A DNA stretch of 44,686 bases from an uncultured Methanosarcinales archaeon (GCA_964647565.1 CAZYIM010000022.1:1-44686), one strand, 5' to 3'. Counted from the stretch's first letter, positions 1-10,382 are shown. The notes: a model not told the origin generated them from the letters alone. Translations and numbers: made by a program.

Positions 1-3000
1 CGCATGTTGGTTGGTTGTCTTCACATGAACAGTTTCCAAAGCATGCATTATCTGCAGAATCATTAACTGTAATTGAATCAAATACATCATTGTTATTATA
101 ATCAATTAGCTTTAAATCTTGGCAACTATCCAAGAATTCTTCTGAACACTCATTAGGTCCACAATCATCATCACTATCACACTGCGCATCACAGATGCCT
201 GCAACACAATAGGTTTCTGAAGGTGGCTGTTCACAATTCACATCGCAATCTGAACAAGCACAGCTCTCAGTTCCGCAAGTATTATCGCAACTGTCATTGA
301 CTTCAATATCATTCAATAAAAAGTCCGCATTGAAATCTACAAGCTTAAAACCTTCACATGAATCATTGTAAGTTTCTGAACATTCATTTCCAGGACAGTC
401 AAGATCTTCATCGCATTGTGCGCCACATTCTCCTTCAACACATTGATAGTCATATGGATCTTCAACACAACCGCAGAAACTATTACAGTCGCCCAGACTG
501 TCTCTGGTTCCATATTGGTTGCCGTCGCAATGGCCGTTTTGTGTCTCTTGTGGACAATATATGTTATTGGTTGTTCCTGGTAGCTCACATTCTTCGCCAA
601 GACTAATCACTCCATTTCCACAGATTGGATCATTATGGCACTGGCAATCATCTCCACAATAATCTATTGTATTAGGATTTCTGTCACCACATTGTGAATC
701 TGCAGTACATTCAGCACCACAGAAGCTTTCAACACATTGATAATCAAATGGATCATAGATACAACCACAATCTCCATCACAATCACCAAATCCATCTCTG
801 GTTCCTAATTTACCACCAGAGCACATAATTGTTGGATACTGGCTACAATCATCATCATTCGGAGTATTTGGAAGTTCACAGTCCTCACCTGTACCAATAA
901 ATGTGTCTCCGCAAACTGCTTCATTATTACATACACAGTCTGAACAAGTGTCAACTGTTGTTGGATCCTGATCATCACAGTCTGAATCAATAGCACATTC
1001 TGCTCCGCATATATCTGCTACACAGTAAACATCTGGTTCTGGTATAGTGCAGTTGGTATCGCAGTCAGTACACAAGCAGTCTCTCTCACAAGTGTTATTG
1101 CATTCGTCTGAGACTGTGATATTATTCAAAAGCTTGTCTCCATTATAATCAACAAGCTCTTTGCCTTGGCACGAATCATATTCAACTTCTGAACAGCTGT
1201 TTGGCTCACAATCTAGTTCATCATCACATTCTGCGCCACACTCACCTTCGACACATTCGTATTCAAATGGATCATAGACGCAGCCACAGACATCGTCACA
1301 ATCACCAAATGCGTCTCTTTCAGCGTATTTGTTGCCTGAACAGTCTGAAGTGCTCTGATCACAATATGTGTTGTTAAATGTACTTGGAAGTTCACAATCC
1401 TCACCTAGATCTATGAACTCATTACCGCAAATAAGATCGTGTGAACATGTGCAATTGTCCAGACAAGTATCTATTGTATTACTATCTTGGTCGTCACAGT
1501 CTGCGTCAATTACGCATTCTGCGCCACATTCTCCGACAACACATTCATATTCAAATGGATCATAGACGCAGCCACAGACACCGTCACAATCACCAAATGC
1601 GTCTCTCTGAGCATATCTAGTTCCATTACAATCTTGTGTACTTTGATCACAATTACTGTTGTTAAATGTGCTTGGAAGTTCACAATCCTCACCGATATCT
1701 AGTTGGCCGTCACCGCATGTCAAATCATGGGTGCATGAACAGTTATCCAAACATGTATCGATAGTATTAGGATCAGAATCATCACAGTCAGCATCAATAG
1801 TACATTCAGCATTACACAAGCCGACAACACATTCAATTAATGGTCTTGGAGGTGGACACTCAACATAGCTATCCTCGCATGTACAGTCTCCGAAACATTC
1901 ATTAGGGACTGAGCTGTTGATCTGGACTGAATCATTGATCTGATTTCCATTATAATCCTTGAATTTTTGCCCTACACAACTATCATTGTATGTAGCAGAA
2001 CAAGTGCTAGGTTCACAATCATCGTCGCTATCACACTCAGCATCACAAACACCCTCGACACATTCAGGATGTGCAGGTGGTGGTGGACATTCAACATAGT
2101 TATCTTCACAAAGACACGAACCTAGGCAGTCATTACCTCTGGAACTGTTGACTGTCTTAAAATCCTTTATCCCGTTATTATTGTAATCCATTAATTTAAA
2201 ATCAACACATGTATCGTTGTATTGTGCAGAACAAGTACTTGCATTACAATCATCATTACTGTCACATTCTGCGCCACATACACCTGGTACACAATACTCA
2301 TTGGTTTGAGGCGGTGGGCAAGTTGGAGTGCAGTTTTCACAAGCACAATCCCGACCATCAGTACAGATGTTTTGACAACTATCATTAACAGTGGTATTAT
2401 CCAGGATCCTATTATCGTCATATTCAACTAGAGCCCAATGATGGCAAAAGTCTGAATAAGTCTCAGAACAGCCTGATGTGCCACAGTCTTGGTCATCATT
2501 ACATTCAGCACCGCAGATGGGTGGTACACATCCAGTTTGAGGCGTTGGCGGATCACACTGTGCTTGGTTATCTGTACAGTCACAATCGCCTTCACAAAAG
2601 TTATCTGCGCTATCATTGACCCACATTGTATCATATATAGAGTTATTGTTATAATCAGTAAATATAGCATGATAGCAATAATCATCATATTGTTGTGAAC
2701 AGCTATCTGCAGCACAATCTCCATCATCATCACATTCTGCTCCACATCTATCTTTAACGCAATTATATTCGAAAGGATCGTAGATGCAACCGCAAACAGC
2801 ATCGCAGTCGCCAAACGCATCCCTCACACCTAGCTTTTTTCCCGAGCATTCTTCTTCTGATTGGGGACAATATGAGTTGTAAATTGTATTAGGTAATTCA
2901 CAAGTCTCTCCAAGTGCAATCTCAACAATATTATCGCCACAATGGGGCAAATCGTCGTGATTACATACACAGGAGTTTAAGTCGCACCAGTCTGTGGTGT

Positions 3001-4168
3001 ATGCATTAGAATCGTCACAGTCGTCGTCTGAATCACATTCAGCTAAGCATTTGTCTTTTACGCAGGTTGGATTTTCCCAAGGATCATATGTGCATCCGCA
3101 GACATCATCACAGTCACCAAAACTATCCCTTGTCTTTAACTTCTTGCCTTCGCAAGCTTCACTGGATTGAGGACAGTCACTAGAATCATCATCATTAGGA
3201 GGCTCACAATCCTCCCCAGAATCAATAGTACCATCACCACAATAAGTAATATCCTCATGTTCACACAAGCATGTTTCTAAGTTGCAAGTATCTGTAGTAT
3301 GAGAATTAGAATCATCACAATCATCATCACTATCACATTCAGCATTACAACTGTCTTTCACACATACAGGGTTGCTCCAGGGATCATATGTACAGCCGCA
3401 CTCTGAATCACAGTCACCAAAACTATCCCTATATCTCGTTTTCTTGCCCACACAATCTTCAGAAGATTGAGGACAATAAGAAGATTCATCATCATTAGGA
3501 GGTTCACACTCTTCAAATGTATCTACTGTACCATCTCCACACCATAACCAGGGTTTCCATTCACATTCAAAAGAACATCCTTCTGTGTTGGGTGGGATTC
3601 CTTCACATTGCCAGTCTGCTGAACAACGTTCTTTACATATATCTACGTGAACATATGTACAGGTTGTAGGATCACAATAAGCATAAGTATCTTGTGGAAA
3701 AGAAGGTGCATCTTCGCAGGCATATTCATATTGATAGCTTCTTGGCCAGGCACCTGGCGATGGACCCCATCCTGAATAGGTTCCAGATGTCTCACACTCC
3801 TCTAGGCCTTCAACAGCGCCATCTCCACAAACAGGAGCATTTGGATCTTCAATACAGGCTCCAGTGTCACAAACATAGCCTATTGGGCATTCAACCCAAT
3901 TATCCTCTATAGGAAAAGGTTTACCACAATAGAACTCATTTACGTGGGTATTTGTAGGATTACAATATTCTTCCCTTGTAAAGCCTGCATATAATGTACT
4001 GCCCCGGACATAGATGTTATTTCCGCCGTCAGTATAATCTATACAGACTATATCTCCGGGCGAAGCATCTGTAGACGAGGTTATGAATGCGCTGATTAAA
4101 AATGTAAATACTACTGCTATTAGAAATATAGGTAATCTGGTTTTCGAGTTAATTTTAATATCCCCCAT
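1..4168 (-). CDS. Giant secreted Cys/Asp-rich repeat surface protein (>1389 aa, runs off the left window edge)
   Basis: Not in the ORF track because it has no stop in the window. Hand translation from ATG 4168 gives MGDIKINSKTRLPIFLIAVVFTFLISAFITSSTDA (signal peptide), then CGDG..GEDCELP, RDAFGDCDxxCGCxYDPF and CxAECxxDxDC repeats. The same frame holds at base 1. Confidence 0.9.
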   Translation of the reverse strand, partial: MGDIKINSKTRLPIFLIAVVFTFLISAFITSSTDASPGDIVCIDYTDGGNNIYVRGSTLYAGFTREEYCNPTNTHVNEFYCGKPFPIEDNWVECPIGYVCDTGACIEDPNAPVCGDGAVEGLEECETSGTYSGWGPSPGAWPRSYQYEYACEDAPSFPQDTYAYCDPTTCTYVHVDICKERCSADWQCEGIPPNTEGCSFECEWKPWLWCGDGTVDTFEECEPPNDDESSYCPQSSEDCVGKKTRYRDSFGDCDSECGCTYDPWSNPVCVKDSCNAECDSDDDCDDSNSHTTDTCNLETCLCEHEDITYCGDGTIDSGEDCEPPNDDDSSDCPQSSEACEGKKLKTRDSFGDCDDVCGCTYDPWENPTCVKDKCLAECDSDDDCDDSNAYTTDWCDLNSCVCNHDDLPHCGDNIVEIALGETCELPNTIYNSYCPQSEEECSGKKLGVRDAFGDCDAVCGCIYDPFEYNCVKDRCGAECDDDGDCAADSCSQQYDDYCYHAIFTDYNNNSIYDTMWVNDSADNFCEGDCDCTDNQAQCDPPTPQTGCVPPICGAECNDDQDCGTSGCSETYSDFCHHWALVEYDDNRILDNTTVNDSCQNICTDGRDCACENCTPTCPPPQTNEYCVPGVCGAECDSNDDCNASTCSAQYNDTCVDFKLMDYNNNGIKDFKTVNSSRGNDCLGSCLCEDNYVECPPPPAHPECVEGVCDAECDSDDDCEPSTCSATYNDSCVGQKFKDYNGNQINDSVQINSSVPNECFGDCTCEDSYVECPPPRPLIECVVGLCNAECTIDADCDDSDPNTIDTCLDNCSCTHDLTCGDGQLDIGEDCELPSTFNNSNCDQSTQDCNGTRYAQRDAFGDCDGVCGCVYDPFEYECVVGECGAECVIDADCDDQDSNTIDTCLDNCTCSHDLICGNEFIDLGEDCELPSTFNNTYCDQSTSDCSGNKYAERDAFGDCDDVCGCVYDPFEYECVEGECGAECDDELDCEPNSCSEVEYDSCQGKELVDYNGDKLLNNITVSDECNNTCERDCLCTDCDTNCTIPEPDVYCVADICGAECAIDSDCDDQDPTTVDTCSDCVCNNEAVCGDTFIGTGEDCELPNTPNDDDCSQYPTIMCSGGKLGTRDGFGDCDGDCGCIYDPFDYQCVESFCGAECTADSQCGDRNPNTIDYCGDDCQCHNDPICGNGVISLGEECELPGTTNNIYCPQETQNGHCDGNQYGTRDSLGDCNSFCGCVEDPYDYQCVEGECGAQCDEDLDCPGNECSETYNDSCEGFKLVDFNADFLLNDIEVNDSCDNTCGTESCACSDCDVNCEQPPSETYCVAGICDAQCDSDDDCGPNECSEEFLDSCQDLKLIDYNNNDVFDSITVNDSADNACFGNCSCEDNQPTC

Positions 4169-4236
4169 TTTACTAACGCCCCCATTATTATTACTCACCT
4201 CCATTCGAATAATAACAAAGCTTGTTTGCTCTTGTT

Positions 4237-5133
4237 TTAATCTTTGAATATTTTATCTTTGAATATAAACAGTAGGATCACAAGTCCTATTAGTACTAAG
4301 ATGCCAATGCCGATTACAACGTTTCCGCTGAGATCTCCAAATACAGCAGCGCCTGTAATCATATTATCATCTTCTGCGCCAAGCATATCGTTGTTACCTT
4401 CATCAAATGGAGTGTTTTCATCTTCTCCAGCAGCTCCATTTGGATTATCTGAAAGATCACAATCTCTTTGTTCTTCAGGTTTATCTGTTTCTGAATCGCA
4501 ATCATTTGCTTGTGTGCATACCCTGTCCTGCTTACCGCCGATGCATGGCAACCAGTCTGAGCATTCCCAGACCGCTACGCAATCAGCTGTTGTGTTAGTT
4601 GTATTTGTTGTATTAGTTTGATTATCATCAATTGTTGTGGTGCCGCCAAAGCCGCCTCCACCGCCGCCAGAGCCGCCATTACCTCCAGCAGGAGGTGGGC
4701 ATTCTCCGCAGTCAGCTACGCAATCAGAGCAACTTTCTCCTGCTCCGCAAAGGTTATCTCCACAGAATAGATCTCCTTCAAGATCCAAATCAATCCTAGT
4801 CTGTGCAGAATCAACGCTTGAATAGATGGTTTCTTCCTCAGTATCGTGATCTTTGATAAAGAAATTGACAGTTTTACCAGTCCGGTCTCCAAGTGGATCG
4901 CTAACAACAAATCGACCATCCTTTCCAAAGTAACCACTTCCTTGGGTTTCTCCTGCTTCTACATCTTCTCCATTGATTTTAGCGGTTACAAGGAGTCCAT
5001 CTTGTGCAGGTTGTCCATTTATGGTTACTGTTCCATAGAATTTATGTGGTGGTTGTAAGGATGGTACTGCTGCTACAATTGCAATTGAAAATAGAAATGT
5101 CAATATGAGCAATATTGCTAGAGTCAATTTCAT
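4237..5133 (-). CDS. Membrane-anchored cell-surface protein (signal peptide, PPHKFYGTVTING domain, Cys modules, Gly/Thr linkers, C-terminal TM)
   Basis: N-terminal hydrophobic signal; CGDxxC module; GGNGGSGGGGGG linker; WECSDWxxC module; ITGAAV followed by a TM helix and basic tail. Confidence 0.85.
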   Translation of the reverse strand: MKLTLAILLILTFLFSIAIVAAVPSLQPPHKFYGTVTINGQPAQDGLLVTAKINGEDVEAGETQGSGYFGKDGRFVVSDPLGDRTGKTVNFFIKDHDTEEETIYSSVDSAQTRIDLDLEGDLFCGDNLCGAGESCSDCVADCGECPPPAGGNGGSGGGGGGFGGTTTIDDNQTNTTNTTNTTADCVAVWECSDWLPCIGGKQDRVCTQANDCDSETDKPEEQRDCDLSDNPNGAAGEDENTPFDEGNNDMLGAEDDNMITGAAVFGDLSGNVVIGIGILVLIGLVILLFIFKDKIFKD

Positions 5134-5225
5134 TTTGTTTTTTACCCCCGATTAATGATAAAATAAAAAAAAAGAAAACAAAAAGTATATTTAAATCTTT
5201 GTATTTCGGGTTCGCTGTCGTCGGT

Positions 5226-7496
5226 TTATATTATTCCGAAGCCACCACCCCAAAAGCACATGCTTGTTGGAGCATAGATGTCTTGCTGATCAAGTTCTAG
5301 CCAATAGCCTCTTCCTGCATACATACGGTTGAACTGTCCAAATAGATCATGGCCAATCCATCCAGCTACGTGATCTCCGCAGTTGAAATAACTCCACAAG
5401 GATGAATATCTTGGGAAGCCTAGATTGGTGTCTATCAAAGATGATAGTGAACAGTAGATATTATCTCCATACACATACATCTCTGGGAAATCCCAGTCTT
5501 CTCCGCACATAACCTCAGCATCTTCCATGTTTTCGAACTGTTGCCATCCTGTTCCATAATATCCAATCAGGTTCCAGCCAGGATATAAATCCCTTGATGC
5601 TGCTGTTACAGGTCCTGCGCTAAACAAGCTACCACCAAGCACCAGAATCTCTTGTTCAAGAGTCTCAAATGCCCAGTATCCCCAACCCGGCAGAATCTCT
5701 GTTAGGGTATCTTCTGTCTCATTATCTGGGAACCAAGATAACCATTCCCCTGTTGCAGGGTCATAGGTCCAGACAGAGTCAACACCTTCAAGATCCTTAA
5801 AGACAGTATCCGGATCATTGTTGAACAAGACAAATGGCACAGAGATCAAGTTCCATTTCTTATACAATGGTATCTTGAAGCTTGTACCTTCAACCTTGAA
5901 CTTCTCGTCGTCGATAGGTCCTTTGTTGCCAAGAGCATCGATACAGTAGTATTGTAGATTGTGTTCACATTCTTCATGGAAGAGGAAATCATCAATCTCG
6001 CTTTCCAGACAGCAGAAGCCGTCTTCGTTTGTATCAAAGTCTCCACCATAATAGCTACAGTAGTCTTCTGTCATGTCTACAGCGTCCAGTTCAACATAGA
6101 AGCAAACGCTCTCATGATTTACTGGATGTGGATCCTGGTCAGCACACTCCAATGCAATAGGGGTTGTCATGGTGACTTTCCAGCAAGCATTTTCTTCCTG
6201 GCAAAACTCATCCAGGTCATAGAAAACAGCGCTTAGGCCATCCCATGGTGAGGCAGGCTCACCAACCTCTTTACTTGGTATTGGTGGTGTGTTGTCCACA
6301 AACACGCACTGTTTCTTGACATCTTCAACCTTTTCAACATTGTCTATGCTATAATATTCTATTAAATGGCATGACTCTTCTGGTATGTTAAAAGACTGAC
6401 TGTATGTCATGAAATCTCCGATTCCGACTGCATCATCACAGGATGGTCCCAGATCTTCATATTCACAGAATGCATCATCAACCAATGTCACTCTATAAAA
6501 GGTCTCGTCCACTCCTGATGGATGTGGTTCCTGATCAACAGGATTTAAGGAAATCACTGTCTCTGAGCTAATCCATTTAGGATATGAACTTGCGTCAGGG
6601 AATAGTGGTCCTTCATACGACTTGGTTGTCTCTGGTGCAGTATGGTCAGCGAAGAAGCACATATAGTTTAGTTCTTCAGCATTTTCCAGGTTATCCACTG
6701 AGTAATATTCAAGTATATGACATGACTCTTCAGGTTTATTGAAAGGTCCATCATATGCAATGAAAGGCTCATCTGGATTGTCTACAAACTGCGTGTAGTA
6801 ATCTGGATTACAGTAAACTTCTGGTGCCAAACAGGCCATATAACCTGAAGGATCTGTAGTTACCATGTTTCTCCAATAGGTCTCATATAAACCACTTGGA
6901 TGCGGTTCTGGATCTTCTGCTTCTAGATATACCATTGTCTGTAAGTCTATGTAAGTCACTTCATAGCATTCTGGATCAACAGGATCTCCTTCTGTTCCGC
7001 CTGTACAGAACATTTCTGTATAGATAGGACCAGTAAACCACTGTTCAGTCTCAGGTGGTACTGTCTCAACTGCAAAGTATTCCAGATCAATCTGGTTCCT
7101 GTTGCCTAAGGCATCCTCACAGTAAAATTCAAGGTCGTGTAAGCTGTCTTCTTGGAAGTTAAATGCAAAGAAACTCCCAAAATCAGGGAATTCATTCAGA
7201 CTCACATTTTCACAGCACCAGCCTTCATCATTTGGGGTACAGTATTGGTCTGTGATATCCTGGTAACCAAAATCGTCGTAAGACACCTTATAACAAAGCC
7301 ATTCCCAGTGTACAGGATGATCTCCTTCATCAAGACAGGTTAAATTTACAACCGTATTTTGAGTTACCATCCAGTCAATTCCAGATGTACACTCTGAAGG
7401 TACGGTTATCTGAACATCTTGTGTTGCAATTATTGAACCATCTCCCAATACCTTAACGAGGAAATTATAGATTCCTCCAGGTGTTCCTGCTGGCAC
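5226..7496 (-). CDS. C-terminal segment of the large acidic surface protein (ESCHxxEYYSxD repeats; WNLISVP/GWNLIG C-terminal domain)
   Basis: ORF track. The GTG start lies within continuous in-frame coding sequence reaching back to the TGA at 7569. Confidence 0.75.
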   Translation of the reverse strand: MPAGTPGGIYNFLVKVLGDGSIIATQDVQITVPSECTSGIDWMVTQNTVVNLTCLDEGDHPVHWEWLCYKVSYDDFGYQDITDQYCTPNDEGWCCENVSLNEFPDFGSFFAFNFQEDSLHDLEFYCEDALGNRNQIDLEYFAVETVPPETEQWFTGPIYTEMFCTGGTEGDPVDPECYEVTYIDLQTMVYLEAEDPEPHPSGLYETYWRNMVTTDPSGYMACLAPEVYCNPDYYTQFVDNPDEPFIAYDGPFNKPEESCHILEYYSVDNLENAEELNYMCFFADHTAPETTKSYEGPLFPDASSYPKWISSETVISLNPVDQEPHPSGVDETFYRVTLVDDAFCEYEDLGPSCDDAVGIGDFMTYSQSFNIPEESCHLIEYYSIDNVEKVEDVKKQCVFVDNTPPIPSKEVGEPASPWDGLSAVFYDLDEFCQEENACWKVTMTTPIALECADQDPHPVNHESVCFYVELDAVDMTEDYCSYYGGDFDTNEDGFCCLESEIDDFLFHEECEHNLQYYCIDALGNKGPIDDEKFKVEGTSFKIPLYKKWNLISVPFVLFNNDPDTVFKDLEGVDSVWTYDPATGEWLSWFPDNETEDTLTEILPGWGYWAFETLEQEILVLGGSLFSAGPVTAASRDLYPGWNLIGYYGTGWQQFENMEDAEVMCGEDWDFPEMYVYGDNIYCSLSSLIDTNLGFPRYSSLWSYFNCGDHVAGWIGHDLFGQFNRMYAGRGYWLELDQQDIYAPTSMCFWGGGFGII

Positions 7497-7568
7497 TGTA
7501 AAGGTGATGTCAAATGCAACGACTTCTCCTCCGCCAACATCTGTATGGGATAATGGTGTCCAGTCAAC

Positions 7569-9878
7569 TCAACTCTCAAAGCCAACTGAAGGCTCTAGGG
7601 TTAAGACACCAATCTGTGTAGTCACAGTCTCTATAAGTCCAACAATCTGGTCAGGTAAGTTTGCTGAATCAGTAAGCTCTGAAAGGATTCCTCCTGTCTC
7701 AGTTACAGCATATTCCCATGGACCAGTACAACCAAGACCAAGGCTTGAATCAACAGCAACAACTGTTATTCCTGCAGCAGTTAGGTCTGCAACAACATCT
7801 GCCCAAGCAAGGTCATCTGCTGTTCCAGCAATGCCGTCAGGGCCGGGATCAACACCAGAGGTACTCATATCACAATTGTCACCAGGGTAGTTGCCTACGT
7901 TACAATCATGAGGTATATTGTCCTCAAATATGATTACAACTCTCCTTGAGCCTGTTCTCCATCCCATTGATAGAGATTCAGACAGAGCCCTTGAATAAGC
8001 TTCTGGACCGTCTGAGCCAGATCCAAGGGTTAGGCCATTAATTGCAGTGCTTACTGCATTGTTGTCCTGTGTTATATCCTGGTCAAGACTCCACGGATAA
8101 TCAGGGCTAACTCCATATAAGTCTAAATAACCGCAGTAGTCATATATATCTGTATAATCCATGAATGAGCCAACTCCAAAGGCAGCGTTTGCAACCTCTG
8201 CGTTGATATCAGTCATTATATCAATTGCATTAGTCTTAGCCTCATTTAGCACTCCGCCCATGCTTCCTGTCAAATCAAACAAGAAGACAACGTCAAGGTT
8301 CTGTATGGGGACCTCTGCAGTTGTGATGACTTTATGCTCTTGGACTGATTCCTCAGGTCCAAGGGTTACAACCAAGGAAGCTGGATCAACAGTTGCACCA
8401 GTTCCTTCTGGAATTGATTCCGAAGCAGTAAATTCTACCTGAGGTGTTTCCACGCAATCTCCGCCTTCTCCGATGAAGATACTTGGTTCGCCCACATCTT
8501 TATTTCCAGTAGGAGGCGTATTATCTACAAAGACACACTGCCTGTTTGTCACTTCTGTATTGCCTAGCAGATCTACACTATAAAATTCTATCAGATGGCA
8601 GGACTCTTCAGGAATTGAGGTGCTCACATGATCACCATCAATTACAGTCCAGTCACCTGTCCCTTCGAATTGGCATGTAGGCATACATTCCGAATCATTC
8701 ACATCAAGTAACGTGATTCTATAATTAAGTGTATCAACTCCAACCTTAACATCAGAGGCAGTGAACGTTATTGGTGTTGAAGATGTTATCCAATGTGGAT
8801 ATAATCCCCAACCTATTTCATGAGCCCATCTCATTATGAAAGGCAAGCCATATTCTTTTACAGTTACAGGAGGTAATGAGTCAACCTTGAACTCTTCAAG
8901 ATCATCAACCCAATTTCCGAGCCAGTCAACACAATATACATATATCTCGTGTGTTGAATCCTCTGTGAAAAGAACATCTGCATAATCTGTGAATTGGCCG
9001 CTATCAACCAGTTCGCTGGTATCATCATGGTACCAGATAACTTCGTAATAACAGTAGTCGATTCCTACAGCGCAGATTGGACCTTCATCATGAGCCTCTA
9101 TATGGACTCCGCTGTTACCATTGTCAGCTACAAAACACTCGTCAGCTGTACCTGGAACAGGTGGGCATTCATCTAAAGGATAGTAGTTTCCGATCATGGT
9201 CTTTGTTATGACTGGTTCTGTTGTGTCTACCTTATATGTTCTGAATTCATGATCAGATTCCTTTTCAACAGCATCCTTACACCAAACTTCAAGTTCATGC
9301 ATTGAATCCTCTGGGAAGAACAGTTCATAGTAGGTACCCTGATAGCTTCCAGTTACTGCTGGTCCGCCGTCAACTGTGTAGCTCCAGAAGATAGTCACAT
9401 CGTCGCTTGGATGAGGTCCTTCATCAACACACTCAAGATAGATAGGAGTATCTTGTTTGATCCATTCAAATCCAGAATCAGGAATTGATAGCTGTCCTGT
9501 CTGAACAGATAGAGTTGGAGGTGTATGGTCTGCGAAAACACACTGCCATTTCAAATCTTCCTGATTTCCAACCAGGTCAACAGAGTAGTACTCTATAATA
9601 TGACATGATTCTTCAGGGATTAAGAATGGTTCTGTATATGTCTCCCAAGATCCTGGGAATTCTCCAGGAGTCCACACATCGCATAATTCAGGCACATAAC
9701 AGTAGTCCCAATAGATTGGGTCTTCTAGCCAGATAACCCTGTAGAATGTGTCCTCGATTCCACCTGGATGTGGTTCTTGGTCTATAGGAGTCAAGACGAT
9801 TTCTGTGATACCATCAATCCATTTTGCACCTGTTGTAGGACAAATCTTCATAGGTCCTTCATAGGTTTTGGTGGTCAA
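7569..9878 (-). CDS. Middle segment of the large surface protein: beta-rich repeats plus von Willebrand A domain
   Basis: Repeats EESCHIIEYYSVD; VWA MIDAS-like DVVFLFDLTGSM, GSDGPEAY and WRTGSRRVVIIFED. Confidence 0.8.
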   Translation of the reverse strand: MTTKTYEGPMKICPTTGAKWIDGITEIVLTPIDQEPHPGGIEDTFYRVIWLEDPIYWDYCYVPELCDVWTPGEFPGSWETYTEPFLIPEESCHIIEYYSVDLVGNQEDLKWQCVFADHTPPTLSVQTGQLSIPDSGFEWIKQDTPIYLECVDEGPHPSDDVTIFWSYTVDGGPAVTGSYQGTYYELFFPEDSMHELEVWCKDAVEKESDHEFRTYKVDTTEPVITKTMIGNYYPLDECPPVPGTADECFVADNGNSGVHIEAHDEGPICAVGIDYCYYEVIWYHDDTSELVDSGQFTDYADVLFTEDSTHEIYVYCVDWLGNWVDDLEEFKVDSLPPVTVKEYGLPFIMRWAHEIGWGLYPHWITSSTPITFTASDVKVGVDTLNYRITLLDVNDSECMPTCQFEGTGDWTVIDGDHVSTSIPEESCHLIEFYSVDLLGNTEVTNRQCVFVDNTPPTGNKDVGEPSIFIGEGGDCVETPQVEFTASESIPEGTGATVDPASLVVTLGPEESVQEHKVITTAEVPIQNLDVVFLFDLTGSMGGVLNEAKTNAIDIMTDINAEVANAAFGVGSFMDYTDIYDYCGYLDLYGVSPDYPWSLDQDITQDNNAVSTAINGLTLGSGSDGPEAYSRALSESLSMGWRTGSRRVVIIFEDNIPHDCNVGNYPGDNCDMSTSGVDPGPDGIAGTADDLAWADVVADLTAAGITVVAVDSSLGLGCTGPWEYAVTETGGILSELTDSANLPDQIVGLIETVTTQIGVLTLEPSVGFES

Positions 9879-9881
9879 TGG

Positions 9882-10382
9882 TCAAGAAGTATCGATGCAT
9901 ATGTCAAGATTGACAAACTGCCAGAATTCATTTACATCTCGCGTCTCCATTCGCCAAGGTCTGCAGCATTCACCAGGAGGTGTATCGGCAGTGAATGTGA
10001 AGAATTCAGATGTTCCTGGTAGAATCTCAGAACCAGGTTCAGCATTCCACTGACAATAGTTGCCGAAGATAGTAGTTCCAGTAAATGGGCCCCACCATCC
10101 AGGTTTTACATCACATTGCAAGTTCGTGAACTCATTATGCTCGTAGATCCTGAATTCGTGAATAGAATCCGCAGAACCAGGTTCATTCGTTACTGTGACT
10201 GTAAAATCAACAGGAGCACCGCCTGTAACCACATAAGGATCGACCGACAATGTTGCAACGTGTGTCTCGATCACGGCTTTGTTATCGTCTTGTGCTTCTG
10301 CAGTTGCAAATACGGCAACAACTAAAGCCAAGACAACCAAAATAGAAATAGCACTTAGGCTAATTATTTTTTGTTTGTTCAT
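9882..10382 (-). CDS. N-terminal segment of the large surface protein (signal peptide plus Ig-like domain)
   Basis: MNKQKIISLSAISILVVLALVVAVFATAEA signal peptide; RBS GGGGTGG 8 nt upstream of ATG 10382. Confidence 0.8.
   Translation of the reverse strand: MNKQKIISLSAISILVVLALVVAVFATAEAQDDNKAVIETHVATLSVDPYVVTGGAPVDFTVTVTNEPGSADSIHEFRIYEHNEFTNLQCDVKPGWWGPFTGTTIFGNYCQWNAEPGSEILPGTSEFFTFTADTPPGECCRPWRMETRDVNEFWQFVNLDICIDTS

Larger units (their letters stand above)
5226..10382 (-). other. Single ~1718-codon surface-protein gene interrupted by two in-frame TGA codons (readthrough or recent pseudogene)
   Basis: ORFs 9882-10394, 7569-9878 and 5226-7496 share one frame and are separated only by TGA at 9884-9882 and 7571-7569. 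Only the first has a signal peptide and RBS (GGGGTGG before ATG 10382). The same repeat family spans the junctions. Confidence 0.8.

Noticed and set aside
1213..1700. Diversity-generating retroelement TR/VR pair
   Set aside because: Ordinary intragenic tandem repeats; differences are not confined to adenines and there is no reverse transcriptase in the window.
337..3912. Many short ORFs in the track
   Set aside because: Off-frame or antisense shadows of the single long Cys-rich minus-strand ORF (1-4168).
4183..4202. ATG at 4185 with a perfect GGAGGTGA RBS as start of the giant protein
   Set aside because: Out of frame with the Cys-rich ORF and stops after 22 codons; the in-frame start is 4168.
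5140..5225. SECIS element explaining the TGAs as selenocysteine
   Set aside because: GAACCCG is present but has no pairing partner; only a terminator-like hairpin and U-tract are visible. The TGA sites do not align with Cys positions in the repeats.
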